DNA of 64,000 bases from positions 1,088,001 through 1,152,000 of the forward strand of contig NZ_JAQNDL010000003.1 of assembly GCF_028368995.1 (NCBI RefSeq), read 5' to 3'. The DNA comes from Nannocystis bainbridge. GTDB lineage: Bacteria; Myxococcota_A; Polyangia; Nannocystales; Nannocystaceae. The notes below the pieces were generated by a model, which saw nothing but the letters and a program-made list of their open reading frames with translations, did not search any database and was not told the DNA's origin. The position numbers and the translations under genes were made by a program. Within the stretch, counting starts at the first letter, position 1. Each line of letters starts with the position of its first letter. This document shows, piece after piece, positions 38,352 to 49,472 of the stretch.

Positions 38352-39550
38352 ATGAGTTCGACGATTCGCAGGCGCACCGCCGCACGGGTGCTGGTCTCCG
38401 GCGCCAGCATCTCCGGTCTCACCCTCGCCTATTGGCTCTCCCGCTACGGCTTCGATGTCACGGTGGTCGAACGCGCGCCGTATCTGCGCCCGGGCGGTCA
38501 CGCGCTCGACGTGCGCGGCCCGGCCCTCGCGGTCGCAGCGCGGATGGGCATCCTCTCCACGCTCCGCGATCGGAGCACCAAGCTGACGGGCATCTCCGTG
38601 GTCGACTCGCCGGCCAGGAGCTCTTCCGCAGCACGGAGAGCACCTTGACGGGCGGCCGGCTGGACAGCCCGGATGTCGAGATCCTGCGAGACGACCTCTG
38701 CGACGTGCTTCACGAGGCCGTGGGCGGCCGGGTCGAGTACATCTTCGGCGATTCCATCGCGTCGCTGGCCCAGGACGAGTCGAGCGTCGAAGTCACGTTC
38801 GTCACCGCTGCGCCGCGCCGCTTCGAGCTGGTGATCGGCGCCGACGGGCTAGGTTCGGGGGCGCGGCGACTCGCCTTCGGCCCCGATGAGCAGTTCTTGC
38901 GGACCTTCGGCGATCTGCACATCGCGACCTTCGGCATGCCGAACTTCCTCGGCCTCGACCGATGGCAAGTCATGTACCAGCAGCCTGACTCCGTCGGCGC
39001 GCTGGTCATGGGCCTGCGCAAGGATGTCGAAGCGAGGACCTATCTCGGCTTCAGCGCGCCAGAGGGGATCGATCACGACGTCCGCGACGTCGAGGCGCAG
39101 AAGCGGCTGCTGGCCGATCGCGTCGCCGGCGCGGGCTGGGTGATCCCGCAGATCGCGGAGCACATGCTGCGCGCGACCGATTTCCATTTCTACTCGCTGA
39201 GCCAGGTCCGCATGAGCCGTTGGTCGCGCGGAAGGATCGCGCTGGTCGGCGACGCCGGCTACGCCGTCTCCCTGGGCACGGGACAGGCCACCTCGGTCGC
39301 GATGGTCGGCGCTTACGTGCTGGCCGGGGAGCTCGCCACACACAAGGATGATCTACTGGGTGGGCTCGACGCATACGAGGATAAATTGCGCGCCTATGTG
39401 ATTCGCAATCAGGACATCGCGCTGGAACAGAACACGAAGCCAAACGAACCGACGAGCGAGGGTGAGACTGCTGCCCCAGGCGGCATTCCGGACTTCGGTG
39501 CGCTGACCCTGCCGTTCGCGCTCGAGAACTATTCGGATATGGCGAGATGA
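38352..39550 (+). pseudogene. FAD-dependent monooxygenase, frameshifted
   Basis: VLVSGASISG lies in one frame, IGADG and LVGDAGY in another. Apparent 1-bp loss near 38607-38612. Confidence 0.85.
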
Positions 39551-39980
39551 GCCCCGCCCGCGAGGCCGCGCGCGCTTCACCTCCACCTGGGACGGATGTC
39601 GAGAACCACGCATCGATCTCTTGGAAGTCGAATCGGCAGGGACCCCTGGGCCGCGTCACCGGCTCGAGGCCGAGTGCGACACGAACGAGGGCCGACGCGC
39701 TGGCGCGCGCTCGGGTACAGGTGAGCTACCGAGCTGAGCGTCGCACGGGTCGTCTTGAGGCGCACGCGAGCAGCGTCTCGACCAGGAAGTCGCGCGCGGG
39801 GCGGAGGACGAGCGCGTGCACGAGCGCGCTCCGGGTGTACGCGACTGCGCGCCGCACGAGCGGTCGGCCGTGCACACGCGGTGGGGGCCGGCGCACCAGT
39901 CCCCGCGGTCGAGGCGGTGGTCTATGCTGGCGCGTACCGACGCGCCGCCCGACAGCGCTCGCGTCCGCCGGAGCCCGACG

Positions 39981-40733
39981 ATGCCAGCAAACCACCGCCT
40001 CTCCATGCCCCTCCGGGTCGCGCTCGTCGCAACCCTCGCTGCCGCCTGCTCCCCGAAGTCGGACGACCCGATCGACACCGACACGGGGACGGCGACCGAC
40101 CCGGGCGCGACGACCGAACCGGGTGGAACCGCGTCGACCGAACCGGGTGCAACCATGACGACCGGCACCGGCGGCACCGAAACGGACACCGGTGAGAGCT
40201 CGAGCGAGCCGACGACGACCGACCCGACGACCGGCGGCGCGACGACTGGCGAGGACAGCGTGTGCCCGACGTACTGCGCCCAGCGAGAGGCGTGCGGCCT
40301 CCCGAACGGGGAGGACTGCGTCGGGGAGTGCGAGTCGGAGCTGGACGCGATGGCATTCGTCGGCGCCGGGTGCCGCGACGCGTACGAGGGCTACTACGCG
40401 TGCTTCACCGAGGTGACCTGCACCGAGCAGGACATGGGCGCGTGCGACGACGCGTACTGGGCGACGCGCGCCGAGGTCTGTGCGCGGCCGGCCTGCCTCG
40501 ACCTGTGTGGATTCCTGGTCGATTGCGGCTCCGTGTCGGAAGACAACAAGGTCGGCTGCGCGGTCGAGTGCACCCTCGGCACCACCAGCGCCTTTGTCGA
40601 CAGCGAGGCCTGCGCGCTGGCGATGGAAGACATTCTCATCTGCGAGGTCGAGACCCTGACCTGTGAACAGATCAACGAGGCCGCCAGCTGCGAGGCGGAG
40701 AAGACGGCGCAAAAAGAGATCTGCGGGGTTTGA
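39981..40733 (+). CDS. Cys-rich hypothetical lipoprotein
   Basis: LAAAC lipobox, Thr-rich linker and two CxxxC...C repeats. Confidence 0.8.
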   Translation: MPANHRLSMPLRVALVATLAAACSPKSDDPIDTDTGTATDPGATTEPGGTASTEPGATMTTGTGGTETDTGESSSEPTTTDPTTGGATTGEDSVCPTYCAQREACGLPNGEDCVGECESELDAMAFVGAGCRDAYEGYYACFTEVTCTEQDMGACDDAYWATRAEVCARPACLDLCGFLVDCGSVSEDNKVGCAVECTLGTTSAFVDSEACALAMEDILICEVETLTCEQINEAASCEAEKTAQKEICGV

Positions 40734-40810
40734 TCGGGTGACTTGCGGAGCGACACGATGGCAGCGCGACTGTCGGCTCTGCTGATGACTCCGCCGCAGC
40801 CTGGCCGCGC

Positions 40811-41896
40811 CTAACAGCTGCGGGTGAGCCAGCAGAGGGGCACCGCGGCGCCCTTCCGCTGGGGCACGCTTCGTTCGGGCGCCGTGAAGGGCCGGCCGAC
40901 GTCGGGAGGTGGGCTCTTGGGCGGCGAAGCGGGCGGCACCTCCGTGCGGGGCGGCGGCTCCGGCAGCACGGGAACGGCAGGCCAGGTCGGGCTCGACTGT
41001 GGCGGGAGCAGCGGCGCATCGAGATCGGGGACCGCCTCGAAGTCTGCGAGCGCCTGCGCCGACCTGGACACTTCATAAGGACGGAAGCGGGATTCGCCGG
41101 TGCGGCCGCGATTGAGGCGAGCGAGCTCGGCCCGGGTGTAGGCCTGTTGCGAACCTCGCGGAGCGCTCTGGCGGACGAACGCCTCGATCTTGGCGCGGGC
41201 CGCGTCGGCGAACGCGTGGCGCAGGCCGTCGCGCTCGCTGCGGGCGGACGCCGACGGGTCCTCGCAATCGGCCCAGCGCTCGAAGATCTGCCGCTTGCGC
41301 TCGGCCAGCGCCAGCGTCTCGTCGCGCCAGAGCTCGACGAGGTGAGGCCCCAGCTCGGCGAGCTCTCGCTGCAAGCTCTCCCGGTACGCGCGATTGGCCA
41401 GGTGAGCGCGCAGGCGCTCGGTCGCGGCCAGGAAGTGTCGCTTCTCGCTCTTGTGCCGGTCCTTGCGCGGGCCGTCGGCGAGGCCGCCGAAGCGCGCGAT
41501 GAAGCCGGCCGCGACCGGCAACCGCCCCTGGGGGAAGAACAGCTCCTCGCGGATGCCGATCCAGATCGGCGGGTGGCGCTCGGGTTCGGGCTCCCGGAAG
41601 CGGCGGCGAAACATGTCGAGGCCGAAGAGATTGATCTCGATGGTCCCGCCGTGATCGCGGAACTCGAACGCGCCGTCGGGATGGATGATGGCGGTAAAGC
41701 CGTCGCCGCGGTGGCGCAGACGACCGCCGCCGTCCGGCTCGAGGGCGACGTCGGAGAGCGCGGCGCGGATGTTCTTGGGCGGCGTCCCGGGCGCGGCCGG
41801 CGGGGCGGGAGCGGCCGAGACTTCAGGTGCGACGGTCAAACCCAGCGCGACCAACGCGACGACGCGGACGAGACCAGATGAGAGGCGCGGGCGCAT
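40811..41896 (-). CDS. Secreted hypothetical protein
   Basis: Signal peptide ending VSA, Pro-rich termini and coding-like GC3. Confidence 0.7.
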   Translation of the reverse strand: MRPRLSSGLVRVVALVALGLTVAPEVSAAPAPPAAPGTPPKNIRAALSDVALEPDGGGRLRHRGDGFTAIIHPDGAFEFRDHGGTIEINLFGLDMFRRRFREPEPERHPPIWIGIREELFFPQGRLPVAAGFIARFGGLADGPRKDRHKSEKRHFLAATERLRAHLANRAYRESLQRELAELGPHLVELWRDETLALAERKRQIFERWADCEDPSASARSERDGLRHAFADAARAKIEAFVRQSAPRGSQQAYTRAELARLNRGRTGESRFRPYEVSRSAQALADFEAVPDLDAPLLPPQSSPTWPAVPVLPEPPPRTEVPPASPPKSPPPDVGRPFTAPERSVPQRKGAAVPLCWLTRSC

Positions 41897-42191
41897 CGAC
41901 GGTGTCCGACGACGCCAGTCATACCGCATCGACGGCAGCGCTTGTAGAGCGCGGAAGTCGTCCGCGGCTGCGATCTTCACGAGATTCGAATCGGCGAACA
42001 GGCGCGTCCGAGTGCAAGCCGGATCCCGAGGTGGGAATGGGTAGGAGAGGATCGAAGGCGTCCAGGAATGAGCATGGACACGCCATGGTTGCAGGTCGTG
42101 GGCCATTCCTGCTGCGGCCGCCAGACCAGCCGCCACACGGCGCAAGAACAGGTCGATCATGGCCGGGAAGCAGAGCCAGCCCTCGAGGTCA

Positions 42192-43301
42192 TCACGGCGG
42201 GACCACGCACACCCCGACGTGCGCCCACGCCGGCGGTGGCTCGTCCTCGAGGATCACGAACGGCGACACGCACGAGTTCTTCGCTGGACAGTCGGGCGCG
42301 CCCACGTCGCAGTATTGAACGCAGCACCGAGAGTGCTGGCAGCTCGGCTGCCACGCGTCCGGGGCGCAGTAAAACCCTGGATCGCAGCCGTCAATCGTGC
42401 AGTTGTCCGGGAAGTCCCCGTCGGGCCCGGATACGTCGGGCGTGCACCCGAACCCGTCGAGGCCCGGCGTGCACACGTGACCGAGCGGGCAGTCCTGGAC
42501 CAGCGGGTCGCATGCAGGCACGCACGCTGTCACCGTCCCGTCGCGGGTCGTCGTGCACACCTGGTCGAGCGGACAGATCGGCGCCTCCGGCGACCCGCCG
42601 CACTGGGCCACGCAGCTCTTCGCGGCGTCGCCCTCGACCGGCCAGCACAGCGCCCCCATTGCGCAGTCGTCCGCGCCGGTCGGCGACGCCTCCTTCCCGA
42701 GGCAAGGCTCGCCGATCGCCGGTGCCGACTCGGCGACCGGCACGCACTCGAGCTCCCAGAACGGGCTCAGGAACTCCGACGGCGCGCATTTCTGTCCCTC
42801 CGGACAATTCTGGGCCCACGGGCTGCACACCGACACTCCGTCGTCGCAGCTCAGCGCCTCATCGATGTCGTCGGTGCAGAACTTGCTCGGCGGCGACGGG
42901 TTGATGCACGCCTGCATGCACGCCTCCGAGCACTTCTGCGCGGGATCGCAGCCCTCCGGAGCCAGCACGCAAATCATCCAATTCGAGTCGATGCCCGTCT
43001 CGTTTACGCACAGCTCGCCGGCCGCGCACATGCACGGCTGTATCGGGCCGAGGTCGGGGGGCATGATGAACGGCACGTTCGTCGTGCTCGAGCTGGCGGT
43101 CTCGCTGGTATCGCCTGTCGTGCCCGTCGTCGGCGGTGAAGCCGTCGTCGTCGACGACGTGGCGCTGCCGGTCGTCGTCGACGTCGTCGAAGTCGTCGTC
43201 GCGCCGCTCGTCGAGACGTCCCCACCGGTCTCGGCCTTCGGCTCGGGCCCGCAGCCCACCAGCAGCGCAGCGAGCCACCACCTCTTGTCGACGACAGTCA
43301 T
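42192..43301 (-). CDS. Cys-rich hypothetical lipoprotein
   Basis: RBS GAGGAGG, LLVGC lipobox, Thr linker and CSPWAQNCPEGQKC / CDPLVQDCP repeats. Confidence 0.85.
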   Translation of the reverse strand: MTVVDKRWWLAALLVGCGPEPKAETGGDVSTSGATTTSTTSTTTGSATSSTTTASPPTTGTTGDTSETASSSTTNVPFIMPPDLGPIQPCMCAAGELCVNETGIDSNWMICVLAPEGCDPAQKCSEACMQACINPSPPSKFCTDDIDEALSCDDGVSVCSPWAQNCPEGQKCAPSEFLSPFWELECVPVAESAPAIGEPCLGKEASPTGADDCAMGALCWPVEGDAAKSCVAQCGGSPEAPICPLDQVCTTTRDGTVTACVPACDPLVQDCPLGHVCTPGLDGFGCTPDVSGPDGDFPDNCTIDGCDPGFYCAPDAWQPSCQHSRCCVQYCDVGAPDCPAKNSCVSPFVILEDEPPPAWAHVGVCVVPP

Positions 43302-43508
43302 CCTCCTCACCTTAGCAAAAGGACACGGTCGGGTGACACGGGCCCGCCCGTGACAGGGCGACGCCTGCCTCATGGCCAACGCGGCCCGCTATGCCTGTCA
43401 GGCCCAGCTCCCGTGCGACCAGCTCGCAGCCAAGACCGGCTGCGAGGACGCCGAGACCATGTACACCATGGCCTGCCCGCTCTGAGCGAGGCCCCGCGCC
43501 GCGAGCAG

Positions 43509-43545
43509 GACGTCGCGATGGACAGTGGATGTCCCGAAGGCCAGG
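43509..43545. repeat. Degenerate CATG-N10-CATG family site
   Basis: GATGTCCCGAAGGCCAGG at 43528-43545, similar to the 11410 copy. Confidence 0.5.
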
Positions 43546-43609
43546 TTGCGCAGGGCAGCGCGGGCGTCGATGAGGACGCCGAGCGCGAGCGGGCGACGCC
43601 CGCCGCGCC

Positions 43610-44356
43610 TCACACCTGGGCGACGCCGCCGTCGACGAACAGCTCGATGCCGGTGACGAACGTGCTGTCGTCCGAGGCGAGGAACAGCGCCGCCCTGGCG
43701 ATCTCCTCGGGCTTGCCGAGCCGCCCGAGCGGCACTTGGGAGACCAGGCTGGCCTTGAGCCCCTCGGCCTGGTCCGCCGGCACCATGCCGTTGAGTCCGG
43801 GTGTGTCGATCGGGCCGGGGCTGATCGCGTTGACCCGGATCTTGCGATCCTTGAGGTCGGTGGTCCAGGTGCGGGCGAACGAGCGCACGGCCGCCTTGGT
43901 CGCGCTGTAGACGCTCATCGCCGCCGACCCCTTGCTGGCCACGATCGAGGCGTTGAGGATGATCGAGGCGCCCTCGACCAGCAGCGGCAGCGCCTTCTGC
44001 ACGGTGAACAGCAGGCCCTTCACGTTGCTGCCGAACTCGCGCTCGTACTGCTCCTCGGTGATCGCGCCGAGCGGGGCGAACGTGGCCGACGCCGCGTTGG
44101 CGAACACCACGTCGATGCGGCCCTTCTCGCGCTGCACCTGCTCGTAAAGGCGGTCGAGGTCGGCGAGGTTGGACACGTCGCCGCGCACTCCGACGACGTT
44201 GTCGCCGATCTCGCGCACGGCCGCGTCGAGCTCGGCCTGCCGCCGGCCCGTGATGTACACGTGCGCACCCTCGGCGACGAACAGCCTGGCGGTGGCGAGG
44301 CCGATGCCCGTGCTACCCCCGGTAATGATGGCGACTTTCCCTGCGAGCTTGCTCAT
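43610..44356 (-). CDS. Short-chain dehydrogenase/reductase
   Basis: TGGSTGIG, YSATK and NAISPGPIDT. Confidence 0.95.
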   Translation of the reverse strand: MSKLAGKVAIITGGSTGIGLATARLFVAEGAHVYITGRRQAELDAAVREIGDNVVGVRGDVSNLADLDRLYEQVQREKGRIDVVFANAASATFAPLGAITEEQYEREFGSNVKGLLFTVQKALPLLVEGASIILNASIVASKGSAAMSVYSATKAAVRSFARTWTTDLKDRKIRVNAISPGPIDTPGLNGMVPADQAEGLKASLVSQVPLGRLGKPEEIARAALFLASDDSTFVTGIELFVDGGVAQV

Positions 44357-44375
44357 GGTCTCTCTCTTTGCGTTT

Positions 44376-44392
44376 TTCTGGAATGAACGTTC
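44376..44392. promoter_or_regulatory. Putative TetR operator upstream of SDR
   Basis: TTCTGGAATGAACGTTC, matched by TTCTGGAACGGACTGTC at 45010. Confidence 0.55.
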
Positions 44393-44411
44393 TTGAACGA
44401 AGCAAAAAAAA

Positions 44412-44993
44412 TCAGCCGAGCACGCCGAGCGTGACGCGCACGACATCCCGCAGGGCCTCGGCGCTCTGGCCCTGCTTGGCGGACAACCGCAGGCCCGCGA
44501 GCGTGGCGACGAAGAACCGACCGAGCGCGGCCGGATCGTGGTGGTCGCCGATCTCCCCGCGCTCCTGGGCGCGGCGCATCCGGTCGATGAAGCCGCGCTC
44601 GATCTCCTGGTTGTTGTCGGCGAGCAGGCGCTCCGCCTCGGGGCCCGCGTCTGCGCCGGCCACGGCCGCGTGAAACATCATGCAGCCGCGCGGGCAGCCC
44701 CTGACGAGCTCCTGGGCGATGACGGCGTCGAACAGCCGGCGCAGCGCCGGTCGGACCGGCTCCTCGCTCGCCCAGAACTGCCGCAGCGGGGCGCCGACCT
44801 GATCACGAAAGCGCTTGAGCGCGGCGATGAAGATCGCCTGCTTGTCGCCGAAGGTGTCGTACAGGCTCTGGCGCGAGACGCCCATCTTCTCGACCAGGTC
44901 GCTCATCGAGGTGGCCGCGAAACCCCGCGCCCAGAACAGGCGCATGGCCTGCTCGAGGGCTTCGTCGGGGTCGAACGCCTTGGGTCTCGGCAC
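44412..44993 (-). CDS. TetR/AcrR family regulator (NemR/ComR-like)
   Basis: PRPKAFD...[14 protein letters not shown]...SLYDTFGDK and GCMM. Confidence 0.95.
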   Translation of the reverse strand: MPRPKAFDPDEALEQAMRLFWARGFAATSMSDLVEKMGVSRQSLYDTFGDKQAIFIAALKRFRDQVGAPLRQFWASEEPVRPALRRLFDAVIAQELVRGCPRGCMMFHAAVAGADAGPEAERLLADNNQEIERGFIDRMRRAQERGEIGDHHDPAALGRFFVATLAGLRLSAKQGQSAEALRDVVRVTLGVLG

Positions 44994-45000
44994 GGGTTGC

Positions 45001-45028
45001 AGGATGGCATTCTGGAACGGACTGTCAA
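45001..45028 (-). promoter_or_regulatory. sigma70-type promoter of tetR with overlapping operator
   Basis: TTGACA-16 nt-CATCCT, ending 7 nt upstream of the GTG start. Confidence 0.55.
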
Positions 45029-45409
45029 GTTCCTTCGGGGAGCTCGGGCATAAAACGACGCTTTGCGACCCCGGGGTGCCCGTCTGTCGCCGCCACGGGC
45101 GCGACGCCGTGGGCGATCGCAGACCCCCTCCGCGGCTGCCCGCCTCGCCGAGCGCCGCCCGGGTCCGCGCGGCGCAGCTGCAGGGCGAAGCGGAGCGACT
45201 GTCATGGAAGGCCGCGACCCCGACGCCGGCGCAAGCACCGCCCGCACCGACCGACCGACCGACGGATCGATCCCTGCGCCCGCGACGTTGCGCCCTCGCG
45301 GCCTCGCAGACACGGCCGTTCGTGCCCGCCGTCGTTGCGCCGCGCGCCGTCCGGGGCCAAGGACCTGCCCACATTTCTCGCGCTCGACCATGACGACAAG
45401 GACGGTCCC

Positions 45410-47155
45410 GTGCCCCCGCGCAATGTTCATACTTCGAACGCTCTCCTCCGGCGGACGGCCGCGCTGAGCCTCGCCCTCGCCTGCACGCCGCGCCCCGGCG
45501 AGAGGCCCGCGGCCGAGCAGGAGCCGCCCGTCGCAACGCCCCAGCAGGCCCCGCCGATCGCCCCGGACGGCCTCGCCGAGCCGGAGCCCGCCGTCCGGCC
45601 GCCCGGCCCCGGCTACGATCACCCCGATCAATTCCTCAGCGCCCGCACCAGCCGCCCGGCCGCCAACATGGAACCGGTGGTCACCCACGCCGCGCAGGTG
45701 CGGACCGCCCGCGACAAGCTGGGCGCGCTGCAGCAACGCATGGGCAAGCGCCCCAATGTCCTGATCTTCCTGATGGACGATGTCGGCTGGATGGATCCTG
45801 GCTTCAACGGCGGCGGCGGCAGCGTCGGCAACCCCACGCCGCAGATCGACCGAGTCGCGGCCGAGAGCCTGGTGCTGACCTCGGCCTATTCGCAGCCGAG
45901 CTGCTCGCCGACCCGGGCCACCATCATGACCGGCCAATACCCGGTCCATCACGGCATCCTGCGCCCGCCGATGTACGGCCAGTCGGGCGGCCTCGAGGGC
46001 GCAGTCACCCTCGCCCGGCTGCTTTCGCAGCTCGGCTACGTCACCCAGGCGATCGGCAAGTGGCACCTGGGCGAGAACGAGGGCTCCCAGCCGCAGAACG
46101 TCGGCTTCGACGACTTCCGCGGCTTCCTCAGCGTCTCGGACATGTACACCGAATGGCGTGACCCGAACTTCAACCCGGAGATCGCCCTGAGCCCCGCGCG
46201 CACCGCCTTCATCCGCAGCCTGCCGTTCTCCCGCGCCGACGTGCACGCGGTCCGCGGCGGCCCGCTCGAGACCGTCCAGGTGATCGATCTCGAGACGATC
46301 CAGGACCTCGACCAGGAGTGGGCCGCCTACGGCGAGCGATTCCTGCGCCGCATGGCCGACGACTCGCGCCCCTTCTTCCTGTATTACAACACCCGCGGCT
46401 GCCACTTCGACAATTACCCCAATCATCATTACCGCGGCCGCTCGCCCGCCCGAACCACCTACAGCGATTGCATGGTCGAGATGGACGACGTGTTCGCCCG
46501 CCTCTACCGCACCCTCGAGCAAACCGGCCAGGTCGACAACACCCTCGTGCTGTTCACCTCCGACAACGGCCCCGAGCAGGAGGTCGCGCCGTACGGTCAC
46601 ACCCCGTTCCGCGGCGGCAAGGGCTCGACCTGGGAGGGCGGCGTGCGCGTGCCGACCTTCGCCTCCTGGCGCGGCACCATCACCCCGCGCCGATCCGACG
46701 GCCTGTTCGACCTCGCCGACATCTTCAACACCGCGCTCGCCCTCGCCGGCCGGCCCGGCGCCGAGCTGTCCGCGCTCATGCCCAACGATCGCTATGTCGA
46801 CGGCGTCGACCAGACCTCCTTCCTGGTCGCCGACGACGGCGAATCGAACCGTCGCAGCGTCCTCTACTTCTGGAACGACCGCCCCGTCGGCACCCGCATC
46901 GACGAGTTCAAGTTCTCCACGATCGCCCAGATGCCGCAGCTCGTGACGCAGCGCGGGCAACAGGGCGGCTTCACCGGTGCGGTCGTGCCGAGCGCCGGCG
47001 CGCTGATGTACAACCTCTACACAAACCCCCAGGAGGACGACTCGATCGCGATCCGCCACGCGCCGGTCGCCATCGCGCTCGAGGCGGAGCTGCTGCGCTA
47101 CCGCGAGGTGCTGAAGAAATTCCCGGCGCGCAAGCAGATCGAGTTCACGCAATGA
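45410..47155 (+). CDS. aslA: Arylsulfatase, AslA-like, Cys-type
   Basis: [37 protein letters not shown] and [14 protein letters not shown]-terminal lipobox LALAC. Confidence 0.9.
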   Translation: MPPRNVHTSNALLRRTAALSLALACTPRPGERPAAEQEPPVATPQQAPPIAPDGLAEPEPAVRPPGPGYDHPDQFLSARTSRPAANMEPVVTHAAQVRTARDKLGALQQRMGKRPNVLIFLMDDVGWMDPGFNGGGGSVGNPTPQIDRVAAESLVLTSAYSQPSCSPTRATIMTGQYPVHHGILRPPMYGQSGGLEGAVTLARLLSQLGYVTQAIGKWHLGENEGSQPQNVGFDDFRGFLSVSDMYTEWRDPNFNPEIALSPARTAFIRSLPFSRADVHAVRGGPLETVQVIDLETIQDLDQEWAAYGERFLRRMADDSRPFFLYYNTRGCHFDNYPNHHYRGRSPARTTYSDCMVEMDDVFARLYRTLEQTGQVDNTLVLFTSDNGPEQEVAPYGHTPFRGGKGSTWEGGVRVPTFASWRGTITPRRSDGLFDLADIFNTALALAGRPGAELSALMPNDRYVDGVDQTSFLVADDGESNRRSVLYFWNDRPVGTRIDEFKFSTIAQMPQLVTQRGQQGGFTGAVVPSAGALMYNLYTNPQEDDSIAIRHAPVAIALEAELLRYREVLKKFPARKQIEFTQ

Positions 47156-48132
47156 CCCGCGCCCGCGTCGCCGCGTGCGGCTCGTTGCTCGCCGTGTGCC
47201 TGTCCGCCTGCGAATCATCGCCTCCCGGGATGGTGTGGATCCCCGCCGGCGAGTTCTGGATGGGCTCCGAAGATCCACGATTCACCGACGCGCACCCGCG
47301 CCACCGCGTCGTGGTCTCGGGCTTCTGGCTCGGCGCCACCGAGGTCACCAACGCCCAGTTCGCCGCCTTCGTGCGCACCACCGGTCACGTCACGCTCGCC
47401 GAACGGACCCCACGCGCCGAGGATTATCCGGACGTCCCGCCCGACCGCCGGGTCGCCGGCTCGATCGTCTTCACCCCGCCCGAGCGCCTCGCCTCGCTCG
47501 CGCGCGCCGGCGCGTGGTGGCGCTACGTCCCCGGCGCCGACTGGCGGCATCCCGAGGGTCCGACCAGCGACCTCGAAGGTCGCATGAATCACCCGGTCGT
47601 CCACATCGCCCATACCGACGCCCTCGCCTACGCCCGCTGGGTCGGAGGCCGCCTGCCGACCGAAGCCGAATGGGAGTACGCCGCCCGCGGCGGCCTCGAC
47701 CGCAAGCGCCACGTGTGGGGCGATGCGCCGCTCGTGGCCGACGCGCACCCCGCCAACACCTTCCAGGGCTCCTTCCCCGGCCACGACACCGCCGCCGACG
47801 GCCACGCCGGGGCCGCCCCCGTCGCCAGCTACCCCGCCAACGGATATGGCCTTTACGACGTGTCGGGCAACGTCTGGGAGTGGACCGCCGATTGGTACCA
47901 CCCCGACACCTACGCCCGCCGCCCGCCGCGTGCCGTCGATCCACCTGGCCCTGCGGACAGCTTCGATCCGGCCGAGCCCGGCGTCGCCAAGCGCGTCCAG
48001 CGAGGCGGCTCCTACCTCTGCACCGACCAGTACTGCGGCCGCTACACCCCCGACGCCCGCGGCAAGGGTGCCCCCGACAGCGCCACCAACCACCTCGGCT
48101 TCCGCATCGCCCGCGACGCCGCGGCGCCGTGA
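47152..48132 (+). CDS. Formylglycine-generating enzyme (FGE/SUMF1)
   Basis: [26 protein letters not shown] and [16 protein letters not shown]-coupled to the sulfatase. Confidence 0.9.
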   Translation: MTRARVAACGSLLAVCLSACESSPPGMVWIPAGEFWMGSEDPRFTDAHPRHRVVVSGFWLGATEVTNAQFAAFVRTTGHVTLAERTPRAEDYPDVPPDRRVAGSIVFTPPERLASLARAGAWWRYVPGADWRHPEGPTSDLEGRMNHPVVHIAHTDALAYARWVGGRLPTEAEWEYAARGGLDRKRHVWGDAPLVADAHPANTFQGSFPGHDTAADGHAGAAPVASYPANGYGLYDVSGNVWEWTADWYHPDTYARRPPRAVDPPGPADSFDPAEPGVAKRVQRGGSYLCTDQYCGRYTPDARGKGAPDSATNHLGFRIARDAAAP

Positions 48133-48145
48133 ACCGCACGTCTCA

Positions 48146-48163
48146 CATGTCCTGAAGGACATC
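48146..48163. repeat. CATG-N10-CATG family palindrome
   Basis: CATGTCCTGAAGGACATC, just after the FGE stop. Confidence 0.75.
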
Positions 48164-48446
48164 TCACTGGCCGCTCACGCCGCGGAGCCATCGCCCGCTG
48201 GGGTCTCGACATCGAGGTTCGGTCGGCGCCCTCCCCCGGCATCGAGGTTCGGGCATCGTGTCCCTGACGTCGCGGCTCGAGGCCGACGCGCTCTCCCCGC
48301 GCTTCGCGGCTGCCCGATCCGGGTCGAAGAAGCGAACGATTCCGAAGGGATACGAAAATTCGCGTCCGCCCGCGCGATCGACCGATGAATTCGTCGGGAC
48401 CGGGCGGTCTGTGCGATCGGAGCGATCCGCCTCCCCGGAGACCGAC

Positions 48447-48845
48447 ATGACCCGCAAATTCTTTGTGAACCTCCCCGTCCGCGACCTTCCGAAGTCAGTG
48501 GCCTTCTTCACGGCGCTCGGCTTCGAGTTCGACCCGAAGTTCGCGGGCGACCACAACGCTTGCATGATCGTGAGCGAGGGTGTGTCCGTGATGCTGCTGA
48601 CACAGTCGTTCTTCGCCGGCTTCACGAAGCGCGAGCTCTGCGACACGCGCACGCACGAGGAGGCCCTGTTCGCGTTCTCGGCTTCGAGCCGGTCGGACGT
48701 CGACGCGATCGTCGCCAAGGCGGTGGCGCACGGTGGCGTCTCCGCGGGCCCGCCGGAGGACCACGGCTTCATGTACGACCATGGGTTCTACGACCTCGAC
48801 GGGCACGGATGGAATGTGGTGTGGACGGACCCTTCGGCGGGGTGA
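48447..48845 (+). CDS. VOC/glyoxalase family protein
   Basis: FVNLPVRDL, EDHGFMY and DLDGHGW. RBS GGAG. Confidence 0.9.
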   Translation: MTRKFFVNLPVRDLPKSVAFFTALGFEFDPKFAGDHNACMIVSEGVSVMLLTQSFFAGFTKRELCDTRTHEEALFAFSASSRSDVDAIVAKAVAHGGVSAGPPEDHGFMYDHGFYDLDGHGWNVVWTDPSAG

Positions 48846-48894
48846 TCCGCGATCGGTGGTTGCGAATCTTCTCTATCGCCGGTACTCTTGCAAC

Positions 48895-49452
48895 ATGCGA
48901 CCCCTTCGATATTCCATCAACGTCACGCTGGACGGGTGCTGCGATCATCGTGGAAACATGCCGGTCGAAGCACTGCAAGAGCTGCATCGTCACGCGACCG
49001 AGAACCTCGCCGCGGCCGATGCCCTCCTCTTTGGCCGGGTGACCTACGAAATGATGGAGGCCGCGTGGCGGTTGTCGACTCGGACCGAGACGATGCCCGC
49101 CTGGACCGAACCGTTCGCCCGGACGATCGACGCGGCCAAGAAATACGTCGTGTCGAGCACCCTGGACCGGGTCGATTGGAACGCCGAGCTCGTGCGTGGG
49201 GACCTGGCGGAGGCCGTTCAGCAGCTCAAGCGGGAGCCGGGCAAGGGCCTGTTCGTGGGCGGCGTGAAGCTCCCGCTGGCGTTGGCGGAGCTGGGCTTGA
49301 TCGACGAGTACGAGTTCGTGATGCTGCCGGCGCTCGCGGGCCATGGCCCGACGCTGTTCGCGGGGCTGTCGAAGCGCATCGAGTTGCAGCTCGTGAGCCG
49401 GCTGGAGTTCGCCTCGGGGGCGGTGGCGATGCGGTATGTGCCGAGAAGGTAG
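48895..49452 (+). CDS. Dihydrofolate reductase / RibD C-terminal family protein
   Basis: NVTLDG, LFGRVTYE, KYVVSSTL, GLIDEY and GHGPTLF. Confidence 0.9.
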   Translation: MRPLRYSINVTLDGCCDHRGNMPVEALQELHRHATENLAAADALLFGRVTYEMMEAAWRLSTRTETMPAWTEPFARTIDAAKKYVVSSTLDRVDWNAELVRGDLAEAVQQLKREPGKGLFVGGVKLPLALAELGLIDEYEFVMLPALAGHGPTLFAGLSKRIELQLVSRLEFASGAVAMRYVPRR

Positions 49453-49472
49453 CCGGCTCGGTGACCGAAGCG

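Noticed and set aside
39560-39900. Possible decayed gene on the minus strand
   Set aside because: Interrupted, and no recognisable family.
45248-45265. (CCGA)n microsatellite
   Set aside because: Only about four units, unremarkable in GC-rich DNA.
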